This document shows positions 31,983 to 41,398 of a DNA stretch of 64,000 nucleotides, piece by piece. How positions within the stretch are numbered: the stretch's first letter is position 1; each line of letters begins with the position of its first letter. The notes beneath the pieces are model-generated. The model did not search any database and was not told where the DNA came from. It was given only the letters and a program-made list of their open reading frames with translations. The position numbers and the translations under genes were made by a program. The stretch is from contig BOLA01000001.1 in assembly GCA_016861265.1 (NCBI GenBank), forward strand, positions 11,569-75,568, in the 5' to 3' direction. Source of the DNA: Patescibacteria group bacterium. Its GTDB lineage: Bacteria > Patescibacteriota > Dojkabacteria > J137.

Positions 31983-32678
31983 GTGTATAATTTAGAAATG
32001 CAAATTACTGAACTTTTTCCAAGATTTGATAATCTTCACAAAATACATGGTAGTAAAAACTTAACTTCTATATACGGTGCTGGTGAAATAAATAATCCAA
32101 ATATTTGTCTTATTTTCATGAATCCTACTGCTAAGAATATAGCCTCCAGTCCTAATTGGCAGGGAATAAAAGCACCTTGGTTAGGAACAAAGAATGTATG
32201 GCGATTATTTAATAAGTTAGGGTTGTTTAAGGATGCTCAAATTTTAAAACAAATTGAAACAATTAAACCTAGTGAATGGACAAACGATTTTGCAGAAGAA
32301 GTTTACAATGAAGTTGCAAAGCAATCTATCTATATAACAAATATTGCCAAATGCACACAAGACGATGCTAAACACTTATCAGATTCTATCTATAAAGAAT
32401 ATTTACCACTAATGATTGAAGAAATAACCTATATAAAACCCAAACTAATTCTTGCACTGGGAAACCAAGTTAACTCAGTATTATTGGGCAGACCCGTATC
32501 AGTATCAAAATATACAACTGACGAATTTGAATATCTACCTATACCCAGTGGGGATCAAGTAAAAGTATATCCTTCTTATTATCCTGTAGGACAAGGCATG
32601 CGTAATATGTCGAAGGCAATATATAGAATTAATAAAGTTTTAGAGATAAGTAAAAATAGTTCCAACTCTACTCCCTAA
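31983..32678 (+). CDS. Uracil-DNA glycosylase superfamily protein
   Basis: YITNIAKC, EITYIKPKLILALG, SYYP. Confidence 0.75.
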   Translation: MYNLEMQITELFPRFDNLHKIHGSKNLTSIYGAGEINNPNICLIFMNPTAKNIASSPNWQGIKAPWLGTKNVWRLFNKLGLFKDAQILKQIETIKPSEWTNDFAEEVYNEVAKQSIYITNIAKCTQDDAKHLSDSIYKEYLPLMIEEITYIKPKLILALGNQVNSVLLGRPVSVSKYTTDEFEYLPIPSGDQVKVYPSYYPVGQGMRNMSKAIYRINKVLEISKNSSNSTP

Positions 32679-32692
32679 ACTGCGTTATTGCT

Positions 32693-33079
32693 TTATTGTA
32701 GCCTCTCTAAGACTCCTCTTTTTTTAACAATATTTTTATAATCCCACTGTATTTCTGAAGCCTTTTTAAGCCATCGCTTCAGATCCGATTCGTTAATTTG
32801 ACTAATATCTGTATACCTTATTTGTGCAGCCTTAAAAGTACCTTCTGCCTTTAAGTTCTCTTCGTTAAATGACTGTCCGCTTCAAAATAATAATTGAACG
32901 GAATCTTTTAAATTTGCATATCCTACAACGGGATTACCATCTATGAACCATACAGGGTTTCTATGCCAAATTTTACTTTCTGTAGATTTAAGGTTTTTAT
33001 CAATGAATGTTGCTAAAAAAGTACATATTGATTTTCTATCTTCTGCAAGCAAATTATTATATTCTTGTATATTATTCAT
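32693..33079 (-). pseudogene. DUF1801 (YdhG-like) protein with an in-frame TGA at 32882-32884
   Basis: IWHRNPVWFIDGNPVVGY...LLF*SGQSFNEE...QWDYKNIVKKRGVLERLQ; frame stays open past the TGA to a TAA at 32693. Confidence 0.8.
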
Positions 33080-33483
33080 AATGTAAGTGATCTTTTAATT
33101 AATTCTTTCAGTACTTCAACATTAACATCGCTTAGTCGTTTAATGTACAAACACCCCTTGCCGCAGCTATGAAGACCCATTTGATCCAATAAATCTTTAT
33201 AATTTTCTTCACCTCCCCTTAGTACATACAAGGTTAGATTTTGTTTTCTAGGCGAAAACCCTATTTTCATCCAATCGAGTTCCCTTCCACTTTCATAAAC
33301 TAAGTGTTCATTGCCGTACACTATAATTGAAGTTCCCCACATTACAGCTTTTTCACCCGTTAACTGTTGCATTATTTTATCTAGTTTTTTTGAATCATTT
33401 TTTTTGTTTTCATCTGTAATTGACTCCAGAAAATCATCTACATTTAGTAAAGTCGCTTTTGTCTTTAGTTCTGCAGTAGCCAT
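33076..33483 (-). CDS. DUF1801 family protein
   Basis: MWGTSII.YG...YESGRE.DW...GFSPRKQNLTLY; GKGCLYIKRL. Confidence 0.85.
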   Translation of the reverse strand: MATAELKTKATLLNVDDFLESITDENKKNDSKKLDKIMQQLTGEKAVMWGTSIIVYGNEHLVYESGRELDWMKIGFSPRKQNLTLYVLRGGEENYKDLLDQMGLHSCGKGCLYIKRLSDVNVEVLKELIKRSLTL

Positions 33484-33721
33484 GGTGTTAACTTTTAGAA
33501 TTTAAGTATCGTCTTAAATATTATAACAACAACATAACAACCATTGTCATGGAATTAAATAAATTTTATTAATTAAGAATGCCCAGGTATACGATGATTT
33601 ATCACTTATTCCATAACTTTAGCGTTCTAAATTCTGTTAAATTCTTTAATTAAATTTTATATACTGAAATATGGATTTCTATGTCTAAATTAAAGCAACT
33701 GTTATGTAAATTTAGAAAAAT

Positions 33722-34189
33722 GTGAATATAAATTATAGAAAAAAGATTAAAAGCAATATCTTGAACTTAATTAAAATAAAAACTAAGTTGTTTTATTATC
33801 GATTCTTGATTGGAACAAGTCTTGATTTATTTTTTGAAAAAGAGGAACAGAAAGCCTTCGAATTTGAACACAATGTAGTTTCCTACTTTGCAGATGAAAT
33901 AAGGCCTACAAAAGCATCTAGAATAGTCAGATTCTTGGCAACGTTTCTTATAGCTGTACAGTTTTTAGTAGTGAGTGGTCTTTTATAAGCACCACTATCC
34001 GTAAATGCAGCAGCTAAAACATGGGATGGAGGTGGAGTTGATAATAACTGGAGCACTTGTGCAAATTGGAATCTAGATACTTGTCCGGAAAGCTTTATAA
34101 AAACAAAGATAAAAAAGGATGAACAAATTAGCATTGCAATCCCTTTAGATCCTTCTAAAGATTCAGTACACAAATCTTTCTTAAATTAA
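33722..34189 (+). pseudogene. Remnant of a large secreted adhesin-like gene
   Basis: Signal-like segment, in-frame TAA at 33986, then APLSVNAAAKTWDGGGVDNNWSTCANWNLDTCP and an early stop at 34189. Confidence 0.65.
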
Positions 34190-34249
34190 CAATATTCAAT
34201 TTTAAAAGTCTGTGATAAATTAATACCGCAACCTATTAAATTTTTTCAT

Positions 34250-35392
34250 TTGTTTATGTTAGATCTTCAAACACTAGATTCAATTTTTGCGAGTAGAGAA
34301 ATTCCACCGTCAATAAGAATTAAAATTGAGGAATTAAGATCCTCTGAATATTTTAGTCTGTTCGATTCATCAGGTTACCAAGCATTATTAAGCATTATCT
34401 TATACGCGCTGGAAAATAGTTGGACCGAAGAACAAATTAATAAACTTCTATTTAATCCAGTTAAACCTAGTAAGGATCAAGTTGAAATATTCAGACAAAG
34501 GCACGAAGCAATTTACGCTGAACAAGCTCTAGGCCTAGCTCAAGATGTTGATCAATCCGCAGGACAATTTTTCTCAATTACAAGCGCAATGTATGCTGGG
34601 AAATCAACATTAGCTGCCGAAGTTTGCTCTAATCTTTCAGAGTTGGGCTACAGAGTAATTCCAATTGTTCCTAGTTTCATGGTGGAATCTGACGAAGAAG
34701 ACGAAGAATCAGGTGACTCCGATGGAATAGTAGAAAAGAAAGCCTTTATTACACTTAGAGGGCGAAAAGAACGAGAAGGCGAAATAGTTGGACCGGATGG
34801 CTTTACACGAATAGAAGCCTTGCCCTACTCAACAGAAAACTATTTAGCCTTCTTTGAAAGCTTAAATATTTCCCCTACAGAGAAGATTGTTATTCATTTT
34901 GATGAATTCTCGTTTATGGGAACTGAAGATATTTTAATTTTTAGGAATTATGTTCAACAAAACTATCCTAATGTAAAAGTATTGTTTGTGGGACTGAATA
35001 AAAATGCTTTGGGACAGGATTTGGCTGGCTATTTAGCTGTTCAAAATAATGTAGAAAGAGAAATACCCTGTCGATCTTTCGTTCCAAACATTCTTCAAGA
35101 TATTGATGAACTTTGTGAGCCGACAGGAACATATACATCCAGGTATGTTGTATTGCCAAGTGGTATGCATGTTTTAGATTGTGGATTTCTACCGGTTGTT
35201 GTTACAAAAGAATTTGCTAGACTTGTTTACTATACACCAAGTAATATGGAACATCACATGCACTATATTCTTCAGCAGATAGACCAAGATGCACTACTTG
35301 ATTCAATTGTTAATCCTTCTGAAGACCAGCAAAGTATTAGAAGTAATTTATTCCATACACTAAGGAGTGCGCCTGTTACTGCCGAAGCTTAA
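34250..35392 (+). CDS. Divergent thymidine kinase-like P-loop protein with N-terminal extension
   Basis: ITSAMYAGKST, IHFDEFSF, VGLNKNALGQ (compare TK motifs GxMxSGKS, IDExQF, GLxxDF). Confidence 0.65.
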   Translation: MFMLDLQTLDSIFASREIPPSIRIKIEELRSSEYFSLFDSSGYQALLSIILYALENSWTEEQINKLLFNPVKPSKDQVEIFRQRHEAIYAEQALGLAQDVDQSAGQFFSITSAMYAGKSTLAAEVCSNLSELGYRVIPIVPSFMVESDEEDEESGDSDGIVEKKAFITLRGRKEREGEIVGPDGFTRIEALPYSTENYLAFFESLNISPTEKIVIHFDEFSFMGTEDILIFRNYVQQNYPNVKVLFVGLNKNALGQDLAGYLAVQNNVEREIPCRSFVPNILQDIDELCEPTGTYTSRYVVLPSGMHVLDCGFLPVVVTKEFARLVYYTPSNMEHHMHYILQQIDQDALLDSIVNPSEDQQSIRSNLFHTLRSAPVTAEA

Positions 35393-35427
35393 ATAGTAAA
35401 ATATACTATTAGATTTTATTATATCTT

Positions 35428-35817
35428 ATGGCATATAATTCACTAACAAAAGAAGAGGAAGATGTAATTGTTAACAAAGGTACTGAGTACCCTTTTACAG
35501 GTGAATACGATAACTTTTATCTGCCAGGAACATTCATTTGTAGAAGATGCAATCTGCCGCTTTTTTCCTCAAAATCTAAATTTGATGCTCACTGCGGTTG
35601 GCCAGCCTTTGATGATAATTTTCCAAATGCATTAAAAAGACTTCCAGATCCCGATGGAGTTAGAACAGAAATAGAATGTAGTAATTGTGGAGCGCATTTA
35701 GGCCATGAATTTATTGGAGAAAACTTAACAGATAAGAATGTACGTGAATGTGTAAATTCAGTTTCTATTAAATTTATACCCCAGTCCCAGGATTTACCAC
35801 AAGTACTTACCGCTTAA
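35428..35817 (+). CDS. msrB: Methionine-R-sulfoxide reductase
   Basis: GTEYPFTGEY, CRRC, CGWPAFD, CSNCGAHLGH, RECVNS. Confidence 0.95.
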   Translation: MAYNSLTKEEEDVIVNKGTEYPFTGEYDNFYLPGTFICRRCNLPLFSSKSKFDAHCGWPAFDDNFPNALKRLPDPDGVRTEIECSNCGAHLGHEFIGENLTDKNVRECVNSVSIKFIPQSQDLPQVLTA

Positions 35818-36185
35818 TTTAACTGAGTACCGTCAGGGCAAAGTTTAAACTGACAATTTCTAGAGGATTCTCTTCCTACTTCTGTACCATCTGAGCATGT
35901 TTTTACTTCTTGAGTACAGACTGTTGAGTCAGATGTTTCAGAAGTATTAGTACTATCTGTAGGGCATTCGTAGAAATCACATCCATTTGTTGTGTCTCTC
36001 ACCACTATGTTTCCATCAGGGCATATTTTTGTATCTAGCTCACAAGTAACCACTTCAGAGAAGTCACTAACTTGAATTAAGTCAGTTCGAACTGGATTCA
36101 TAGACTGAATAAGTGCATAGGCACCCACACCTAAAGCTACCAAAATTAATATACCTGCTACGATTAAAATATTTCTTCTACTCAT
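35814..36185 (-). CDS. Membrane-anchored protein with two Cys-rich CxxxxKxCxDG repeats
   Basis: CELDTKICPDG...CDFYECP and CTQEVKTCSDG...CQFKLCP. Confidence 0.75.
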   Translation of the reverse strand: MSRRNILIVAGILILVALGVGAYALIQSMNPVRTDLIQVSDFSEVVTCELDTKICPDGNIVVRDTTNGCDFYECPTDSTNTSETSDSTVCTQEVKTCSDGTEVGRESSRNCQFKLCPDGTQLN

Positions 36186-36250
36186 CTATGAATTATTAAT
36201 AATTACTTAAAGTTATTATATACAATTACAAAACGGATTTGTACAAATTT

Positions 36251-36898
36251 TTATATAGTACTAATCCCCATAAGTACTAATGCCCCTACAATACTTAATA
36301 TTAACCCTAAGATCATATTGTATAAAGATATTCGTTTGTTTCTATAAACAAAAAATGGAATTGATAGTGCAACTAAAATTAAAATTGATAGTATTAAAAA
36401 AGGAATAAAATTACTGCTATTAGTCGATAAATATGGAAGCAATTGTATTAACGAAATAATACTTTCAGTAATAATAATTACCATTGGTACTGTTACAGCT
36501 ATCATTCTCTTTTTAATATCTCTAGAGTGTTTTGCTATCATTCCAGATAGCCCACACAATGCACCTACAAATAATGCAATAAACATCCAGCTTAATGAAG
36601 TCGCAACCAGTGTAATTACTGGAACCTCACTTCTATCTCCCCAAAAATAACCAAAAATATAATATCCAAGAATTGAAAGTACTAAAAAACTTATGGGTAC
36701 TATAATGGCATATCTTCTTGATTTAAAGTTAGTTCCCACGGCAAATGCGGATAGACACCACACTGAAGCAGTATTAAGAAATCCACCTACTATAAAAAAT
36801 GCGCTTCCGAATGGTAGTATATCCCCTATCGACGAAGTTATTCCCAGGAATAACCCAAGGGCTAATATTATTAATACTTTTGAATGCCTCTTATTCAT
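36251..36898 (-). CDS. Polytopic membrane protein (DUF6518-like)
   Basis: About 7 TM segments; LNTASVW, GYY motifs. Confidence 0.6.
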   Translation of the reverse strand: MNKRHSKVLIILALGLFLGITSSIGDILPFGSAFFIVGGFLNTASVWCLSAFAVGTNFKSRRYAIIVPISFLVLSILGYYIFGYFWGDRSEVPVITLVATSLSWMFIALFVGALCGLSGMIAKHSRDIKKRMIAVTVPMVIIITESIISLIQLLPYLSTNSSNFIPFLILSILILVALSIPFFVYRNKRISLYNMILGLILSIVGALVLMGISTI

Positions 36899-36974
36899 AA
36901 TTCTAATTTAATATATTTGATTATACATAAATATATCTAAGAATTAACTCGGAATCAGTAACCAATAGCCAATT

Positions 36975-37745
36975 TTATTCGAATAAGGTTAATGCAAACA
37001 TAATTGCAACACCAACAATGAATGCAGTTATTTCAATAACATATTTTTTTACCCCAGCCTTTTTATGTATAACCGGTAGTAAGTCTGCCAATGCAATATA
37101 TATAAATTGACCAATTGCCAATGGTATTAAAAATTTCTCAATGGAGCTGTCTAAACTTCTTAGTATAAATACCAAAATCACCCCTATAATTGAGGTTAGT
37201 GCTGTTATAAAGTTTACTAATAGAATCTTGGATTTTGACCAACCTGAGTAGGCCATAACAGAAACATCTGCAAGTTCTTGGGGTATTTCATGGAGAATCA
37301 CAGCTATTGTTGTGGCAATTCCAACTTCTGGACTTATTAAAAAGCTTGCACCTATTGCTAGGCCATCTAAAAGATTGTGTATTGCATCTCCAAAGGTGTT
37401 TAATTTACCCAGATGAGAATGTCCCTTATGACTATGGGTATTTTCGTTTGCAATAACCTCAATTTCTTGTTCTGAATCGTGGCTGCAGTGTAAATAAGCT
37501 TCTACTACAAACATAATAATTATGCCTATTATTATTCCCGCAATTGTGCTCATATCGTATCCATAGTTTTCTATATGATCTGGCAGCATATGTATAAATA
37601 CATCTCCAATAAGTGTTCCAGCAGCAAATGAGATTAATGAGGTAATAAAAAAGCCTTTATATATTTTATCTACTAAAATAATAATTCCTATAAAGGATAT
37701 TAGACTAACTGCAATTGATGCAATTATGGGCAGGACAAATTCCAT
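36975..37745 (-). CDS. ZIP-family metal (Zn) transporter
   Basis: GDAIHNLLDG, HEIPQE, His-rich loop. Confidence 0.92.
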   Translation of the reverse strand: MEFVLPIIASIAVSLISFIGIIILVDKIYKGFFITSLISFAAGTLIGDVFIHMLPDHIENYGYDMSTIAGIIIGIIIMFVVEAYLHCSHDSEQEIEVIANENTHSHKGHSHLGKLNTFGDAIHNLLDGLAIGASFLISPEVGIATTIAVILHEIPQELADVSVMAYSGWSKSKILLVNFITALTSIIGVILVFILRSLDSSIEKFLIPLAIGQFIYIALADLLPVIHKKAGVKKYVIEITAFIVGVAIMFALTLFE

Positions 37746-37792
37746 AGCTAGACTTAAAAATTAGATATAGGATTTTAAACTACTTAATTGAC

Positions 37793-37813
37793 TAATGCAA
37801 CAGTGTCGCATTA
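37793..37813. promoter_or_regulatory. Candidate Zur/Fur operator within the zur promoter
   Basis: TAATGCAAC-AGT-GTCGCATTA inverted repeat between TTGACT (37788-37793) and TATAAT (37812-37817). Confidence 0.7.
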
Positions 37814-37827
37814 TAATTTGTTTAATA

Positions 37828-38181
37828 ATGAGAAAAAGTCAAAAAAGAGAAAAAATTCTGGAGGTGTTTAAAGATGGCGATCTTCTAACTGCTCATCAGG
37901 TAACTGAACGCCTTCCAGACATAGATAGGGCAACTATATACAGAAATATAGCTTTATATGTTGAACAAGGAATATTAAGAGAAGTAAATGTTCAAAAAAA
38001 TGTATCTAGCTACGAAATAAACAAAGAACACGACTATCATCAGCATTTTATTTGCAATAACTGTAACAAAATAATTCCAGTAGATATAAACCCGGAGGAT
38101 ATAAAAAAGATAATTCCAAAGTTCTTAGTAGTAAAGGATTTTGAACTTAACATAAAAGGTTTATGTAAAAATTGTGATTAA
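37828..38181 (+). CDS. Fur-family regulator, probably Zur; start revised from 37795 to 37828
   Basis: DRATIYRN, HQHFICNNC, GLCKNC; divergent from the ZIP transporter. Confidence 0.88.
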   Translation: MRKSQKREKILEVFKDGDLLTAHQVTERLPDIDRATIYRNIALYVEQGILREVNVQKNVSSYEINKEHDYHQHFICNNCNKIIPVDINPEDIKKIIPKFLVVKDFELNIKGLCKNCD

Positions 38182-38221
38182 TTAGTCTTGCTAAATAAAA
38201 AATTAGTAATACAATTAATGC

Positions 38222-39322
38222 ATGCTTACCCTACTTTATAAGAATATTTTTAAACCAATCGCGTTTAAATTTGATCCTGAATTTGTTCATGACCAGATTA
38301 CACTAACAGGTATATTTTTGGGTAAGTTTAAAATTACCCGAAGATTTACAAAGTTATTACTCTCTTATTCTTCTAATAATCTTGTTCAAACTGTGGATGG
38401 AGTAAAGTATTTAAATCCTGTTGGATTATCTGCTGGTTTCGATAAGAATGCTAAGCTCTTAAACATTTTGCCTTCTGTAGGTTTCAGTTTTGAAGAAGTA
38501 GGTTCTGTTACATTAGAAGAATACGAAGGTAATCCAAAGCCAAGACTATATCGCTTAAAAAAATCAAAAGCTCTTGTTGTATATTACGGATTAATGAATA
38601 AAGGCGTTAAAGTTATATCACAAAAAATAAAGAATGCATTAAAAACAGATATGGTAATAGGAGTATCTGTTGCAAAAACTAACTGCACACGTACTTCGGA
38701 TGAACAAGCTGGAATAGAAGACTACTATGAATGTCTTAAGTATCTAGTTGATAATAATATTGGAGATTACTATACAATAAATATTTCCTGTCCTAATACA
38801 TTTGGTGGCGAGCCATATACTACAGAAGATAAGTTGGAAAAATTATTGAATAAACTTACTCAAATTAGAGTAAATAAACCTATTTACGTAAAAATGCCAA
38901 TTAATTTACCGATTCAAGAATTCGATAAATTAATACAAGTAATAGTTAAGTATAAAATGAATGGAGTAATTATAGGTAATCTTACCAAAGTAAGAGATCC
39001 TCAATTAATTAAAGATAGTATTCCAGAAAATGTAAAGGGTGGAATAAGCGGCATTCCAACACAGGAACTATCAAACAATTTAATTACACATACCCATAGA
39101 AAATACGGAGACAAGTTAACGATTATAGGTGTGGGAGGTATTTTCTCTGCAGCAGATGCATACGAAAAAATAAAAAGAGGTGCAACATTAGTACAATTAA
39201 TTACAGGAATGATTTTTGAGGGACCGGAATTAATAAAACAAATAAATTCAGGTCTTGATAAATATTTAAAAATGGACGGATATACTAATATTTCGGAAGC
39301 TATAGGTGCCTATAATAGATAG
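38222..39322 (+). CDS. pyrD: Quinone-dependent dihydroorotate dehydrogenase (class 2)
   Basis: NPVGLSAGFDKN, GNPKPRLYRL, INISCPNT, GGISG. Confidence 0.93.
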   Translation: MLTLLYKNIFKPIAFKFDPEFVHDQITLTGIFLGKFKITRRFTKLLLSYSSNNLVQTVDGVKYLNPVGLSAGFDKNAKLLNILPSVGFSFEEVGSVTLEEYEGNPKPRLYRLKKSKALVVYYGLMNKGVKVISQKIKNALKTDMVIGVSVAKTNCTRTSDEQAGIEDYYECLKYLVDNNIGDYYTINISCPNTFGGEPYTTEDKLEKLLNKLTQIRVNKPIYVKMPINLPIQEFDKLIQVIVKYKMNGVIIGNLTKVRDPQLIKDSIPENVKGGISGIPTQELSNNLITHTHRKYGDKLTIIGVGGIFSAADAYEKIKRGATLVQLITGMIFEGPELIKQINSGLDKYLKMDGYTNISEAIGAYNR

Positions 39323-39647
39323 TTAATCGTCACTTCCCACTACAAAAAAGTTAGCAATCCAGGCCACAAATAAAAATGTAGCCATATACACATTTCGAAT
39401 CATATACTCTACCCTTTTTATTAAAATAAGCTAAGGATTTTACCAATAAAACCCTGCATGTCAATTACATACTTTGTAAATAATATGTAAATACTTGCTC
39501 AGGTTTAAATTGTTCAATCTGGATTTAATCATGTATTTTTGTTAAAATAACCCGATTAACTTGAATAATCTATAAATTCGCCATATAGCATATTTAATGA
39601 GTATATAGATAATTCGGGTTAACAACTTTAAATTTTATGGTTGAGCT

Positions 39648-40211
39648 ATGGCAGCAACATCTGAGTTATACAGGGGAATGATCATTGAATTCAATGGCGA
39701 GCCTCACATTCTAATAGAAAAAGAATTTAGAGCAATGGGAAAAGGCTCTGCATTCAATAGAGTTAAGCTAAAGAGTATTAAAACCGGAAAATTTGTAAAC
39801 CAGGTTTATAAATCTGGTGAGAAGGTAGAAGAATTAGAAGTTTCTACTAGAAACATGCAATTTTTGTACGCAGATTCGGAAAATGCATATTTTATGAATC
39901 CTGAAACTTTTGATCAAGTTACTGTATCATTAGATTTAATCCCTGGAGGAACAGATTATTTACAACCTGACGCAAAATATGTAATGAGTTTCTATAACGA
40001 TGAAGTTATTTACGTTCAATTGCCTGGAAAAATCGCATTAAAAATAATCGAAGCTCCTGATGCAGTTAGGGGAGATACCGCTAACAATGCAACAAAGGAA
40101 GTAACAGTTGAAACTGGTTTAAAAGTAAAAGTACCATTGTTTATTAAGAATGGTGAAAAAATCTTGATTAATACGGAAACAAACGAATATTATTCGAAAG
40201 CTAACGAATAA
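39648..40211 (+). CDS. efp: Elongation factor P
   Basis: MGKGSAF loop, RGDTA, ETGLKVKVPLFI. Confidence 0.95.
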   Translation: MAATSELYRGMIIEFNGEPHILIEKEFRAMGKGSAFNRVKLKSIKTGKFVNQVYKSGEKVEELEVSTRNMQFLYADSENAYFMNPETFDQVTVSLDLIPGGTDYLQPDAKYVMSFYNDEVIYVQLPGKIALKIIEAPDAVRGDTANNATKEVTVETGLKVKVPLFIKNGEKILINTETNEYYSKANE

Positions 40212-40216
40212 ATACC

Positions 40217-40242
40217 AATCCCCAAGAAATTGGGGATTTTTT
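40217..40242 (+). terminator. Intrinsic terminator after efp
   Basis: AATCCCCAA-GAAA-TTGGGGATT-TTTT. Confidence 0.85.
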
Positions 40243-40288
40243 ATGTTAGTTTAAATAAGTTAATTCTATTTGCAGTACAAAACTGAAT

Positions 40289-41398
40289 TTGATTATGAAT
40301 GATAATTTAAAAACTTGGCAAAAATTAAAATCAAATCCTACACTATTTCAAAGGTACTTTATTAAAGAATACTTAATAAAGGCATGCAGAAGATTCTTTG
40401 AGAATAAAAATTACCATGAGCTTGAAAGCCCAATAATAACAAATGCTTTACCACAGGAACGATATCTTGATGTTTTAACTACCAAAATTGAGCTAAAAGG
40501 CAATAAGTCTAGGATAGGCTACATTACACCCACAACAGAAACATACAATAAAAAGATTTTAGCGGCAGGGCTTGGTGAACATTTTGTTATTACAAAGGTA
40601 TTAAGAGGTTTGGAAGAAATTAGCGATAATCATTCACCTGAGTTTACTATGCTTGAGTGGTATCACTTAAACGCAACTTATAAAGACCTAATGACTGATT
40701 GTGAGCAGCTATTTGCTTATATTTTTAAATATATAAAAGAAAGCTTAGAAAACGAACAGAAATTAGGCAGATTTCCAATAGACCTTACCCCATTTCAAAA
40801 CGATAATAAGATTAATTATCAAGGACTAGAGATTGATTTAGCAGCACCATGGCATAGAATTTCGATCCCACAAGCGCTTATGCAATATGCAGGAATTGAT
40901 TTAGAAAGAATTCAAGCTGATAAACAGTTTAGAGAAGTAGCAATAGAAAAAGGCTACAACGTTGGCCAAGAGGATGATTGGCAAAGAATTTTTGAGTGGG
41001 TGTGGGAAAAAGAAGTTGAGCCAAATCTACCGAAGGACAAGCCAGTGTTTGTTTACGATTTTCCAAAACAAATATGCGTTTTAACTAAAGTTAACATAGA
41101 AAATCCATTAGTCTGTGAACGAATTGAAATTTATCTTGCGGGAAAAGAAATTGGTAACGGATACACTGAACTTATAGATGCAGAGTACCAGAATCAAAAG
41201 TTTATAGAGGAAGCAGAAGCACGAAAAAAGCTTGGTCTTCAAGAAGTAGCATTTGACCATGATTTAATTAATGCAATAAGAAGCGGAATGCCTAATGTTG
41301 CTGGAATTGGTGTGGGACTAGATAGAATTGCCATGATTTTAGCCAACGCTAAATATATTTCGGATATAAACTATTTTCCAGTTAGTGAGTGGGACTAA
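40289..41398 (+). CDS. epmA: EF-P lysyl ligase EpmA/GenX-like (LysRS catalytic domain only)
   Basis: HSPEFTMLEWY, EIGNGYTEL, GIGVGLDR; no anticodon-binding domain; adjacent to efp. Confidence 0.88.
   Translation: MIMNDNLKTWQKLKSNPTLFQRYFIKEYLIKACRRFFENKNYHELESPIITNALPQERYLDVLTTKIELKGNKSRIGYITPTTETYNKKILAAGLGEHFVITKVLRGLEEISDNHSPEFTMLEWYHLNATYKDLMTDCEQLFAYIFKYIKESLENEQKLGRFPIDLTPFQNDNKINYQGLEIDLAAPWHRISIPQALMQYAGIDLERIQADKQFREVAIEKGYNVGQEDDWQRIFEWVWEKEVEPNLPKDKPVFVYDFPKQICVLTKVNIENPLVCERIEIYLAGKEIGNGYTELIDAEYQNQKFIEEAEARKKLGLQEVAFDHDLINAIRSGMPNVAGIGVGLDRIAMILANAKYISDINYFPVSEWD

Noticed and set aside
32882-32884. TGA recoding (genetic code 4 or 25)
   Set aside because: TGA ends intact genes here (3777, 23908, 47893, 61563) and long genes have no internal TGA; a single nonsense mutation is the simpler explanation
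33521-33550. uORF MTMVVMLLL as a branched-chain amino-acid leader peptide
   Set aside because: Overlaps a probable promoter (TGTTATAAT), has no terminator, and the downstream DUF1801 genes are unrelated
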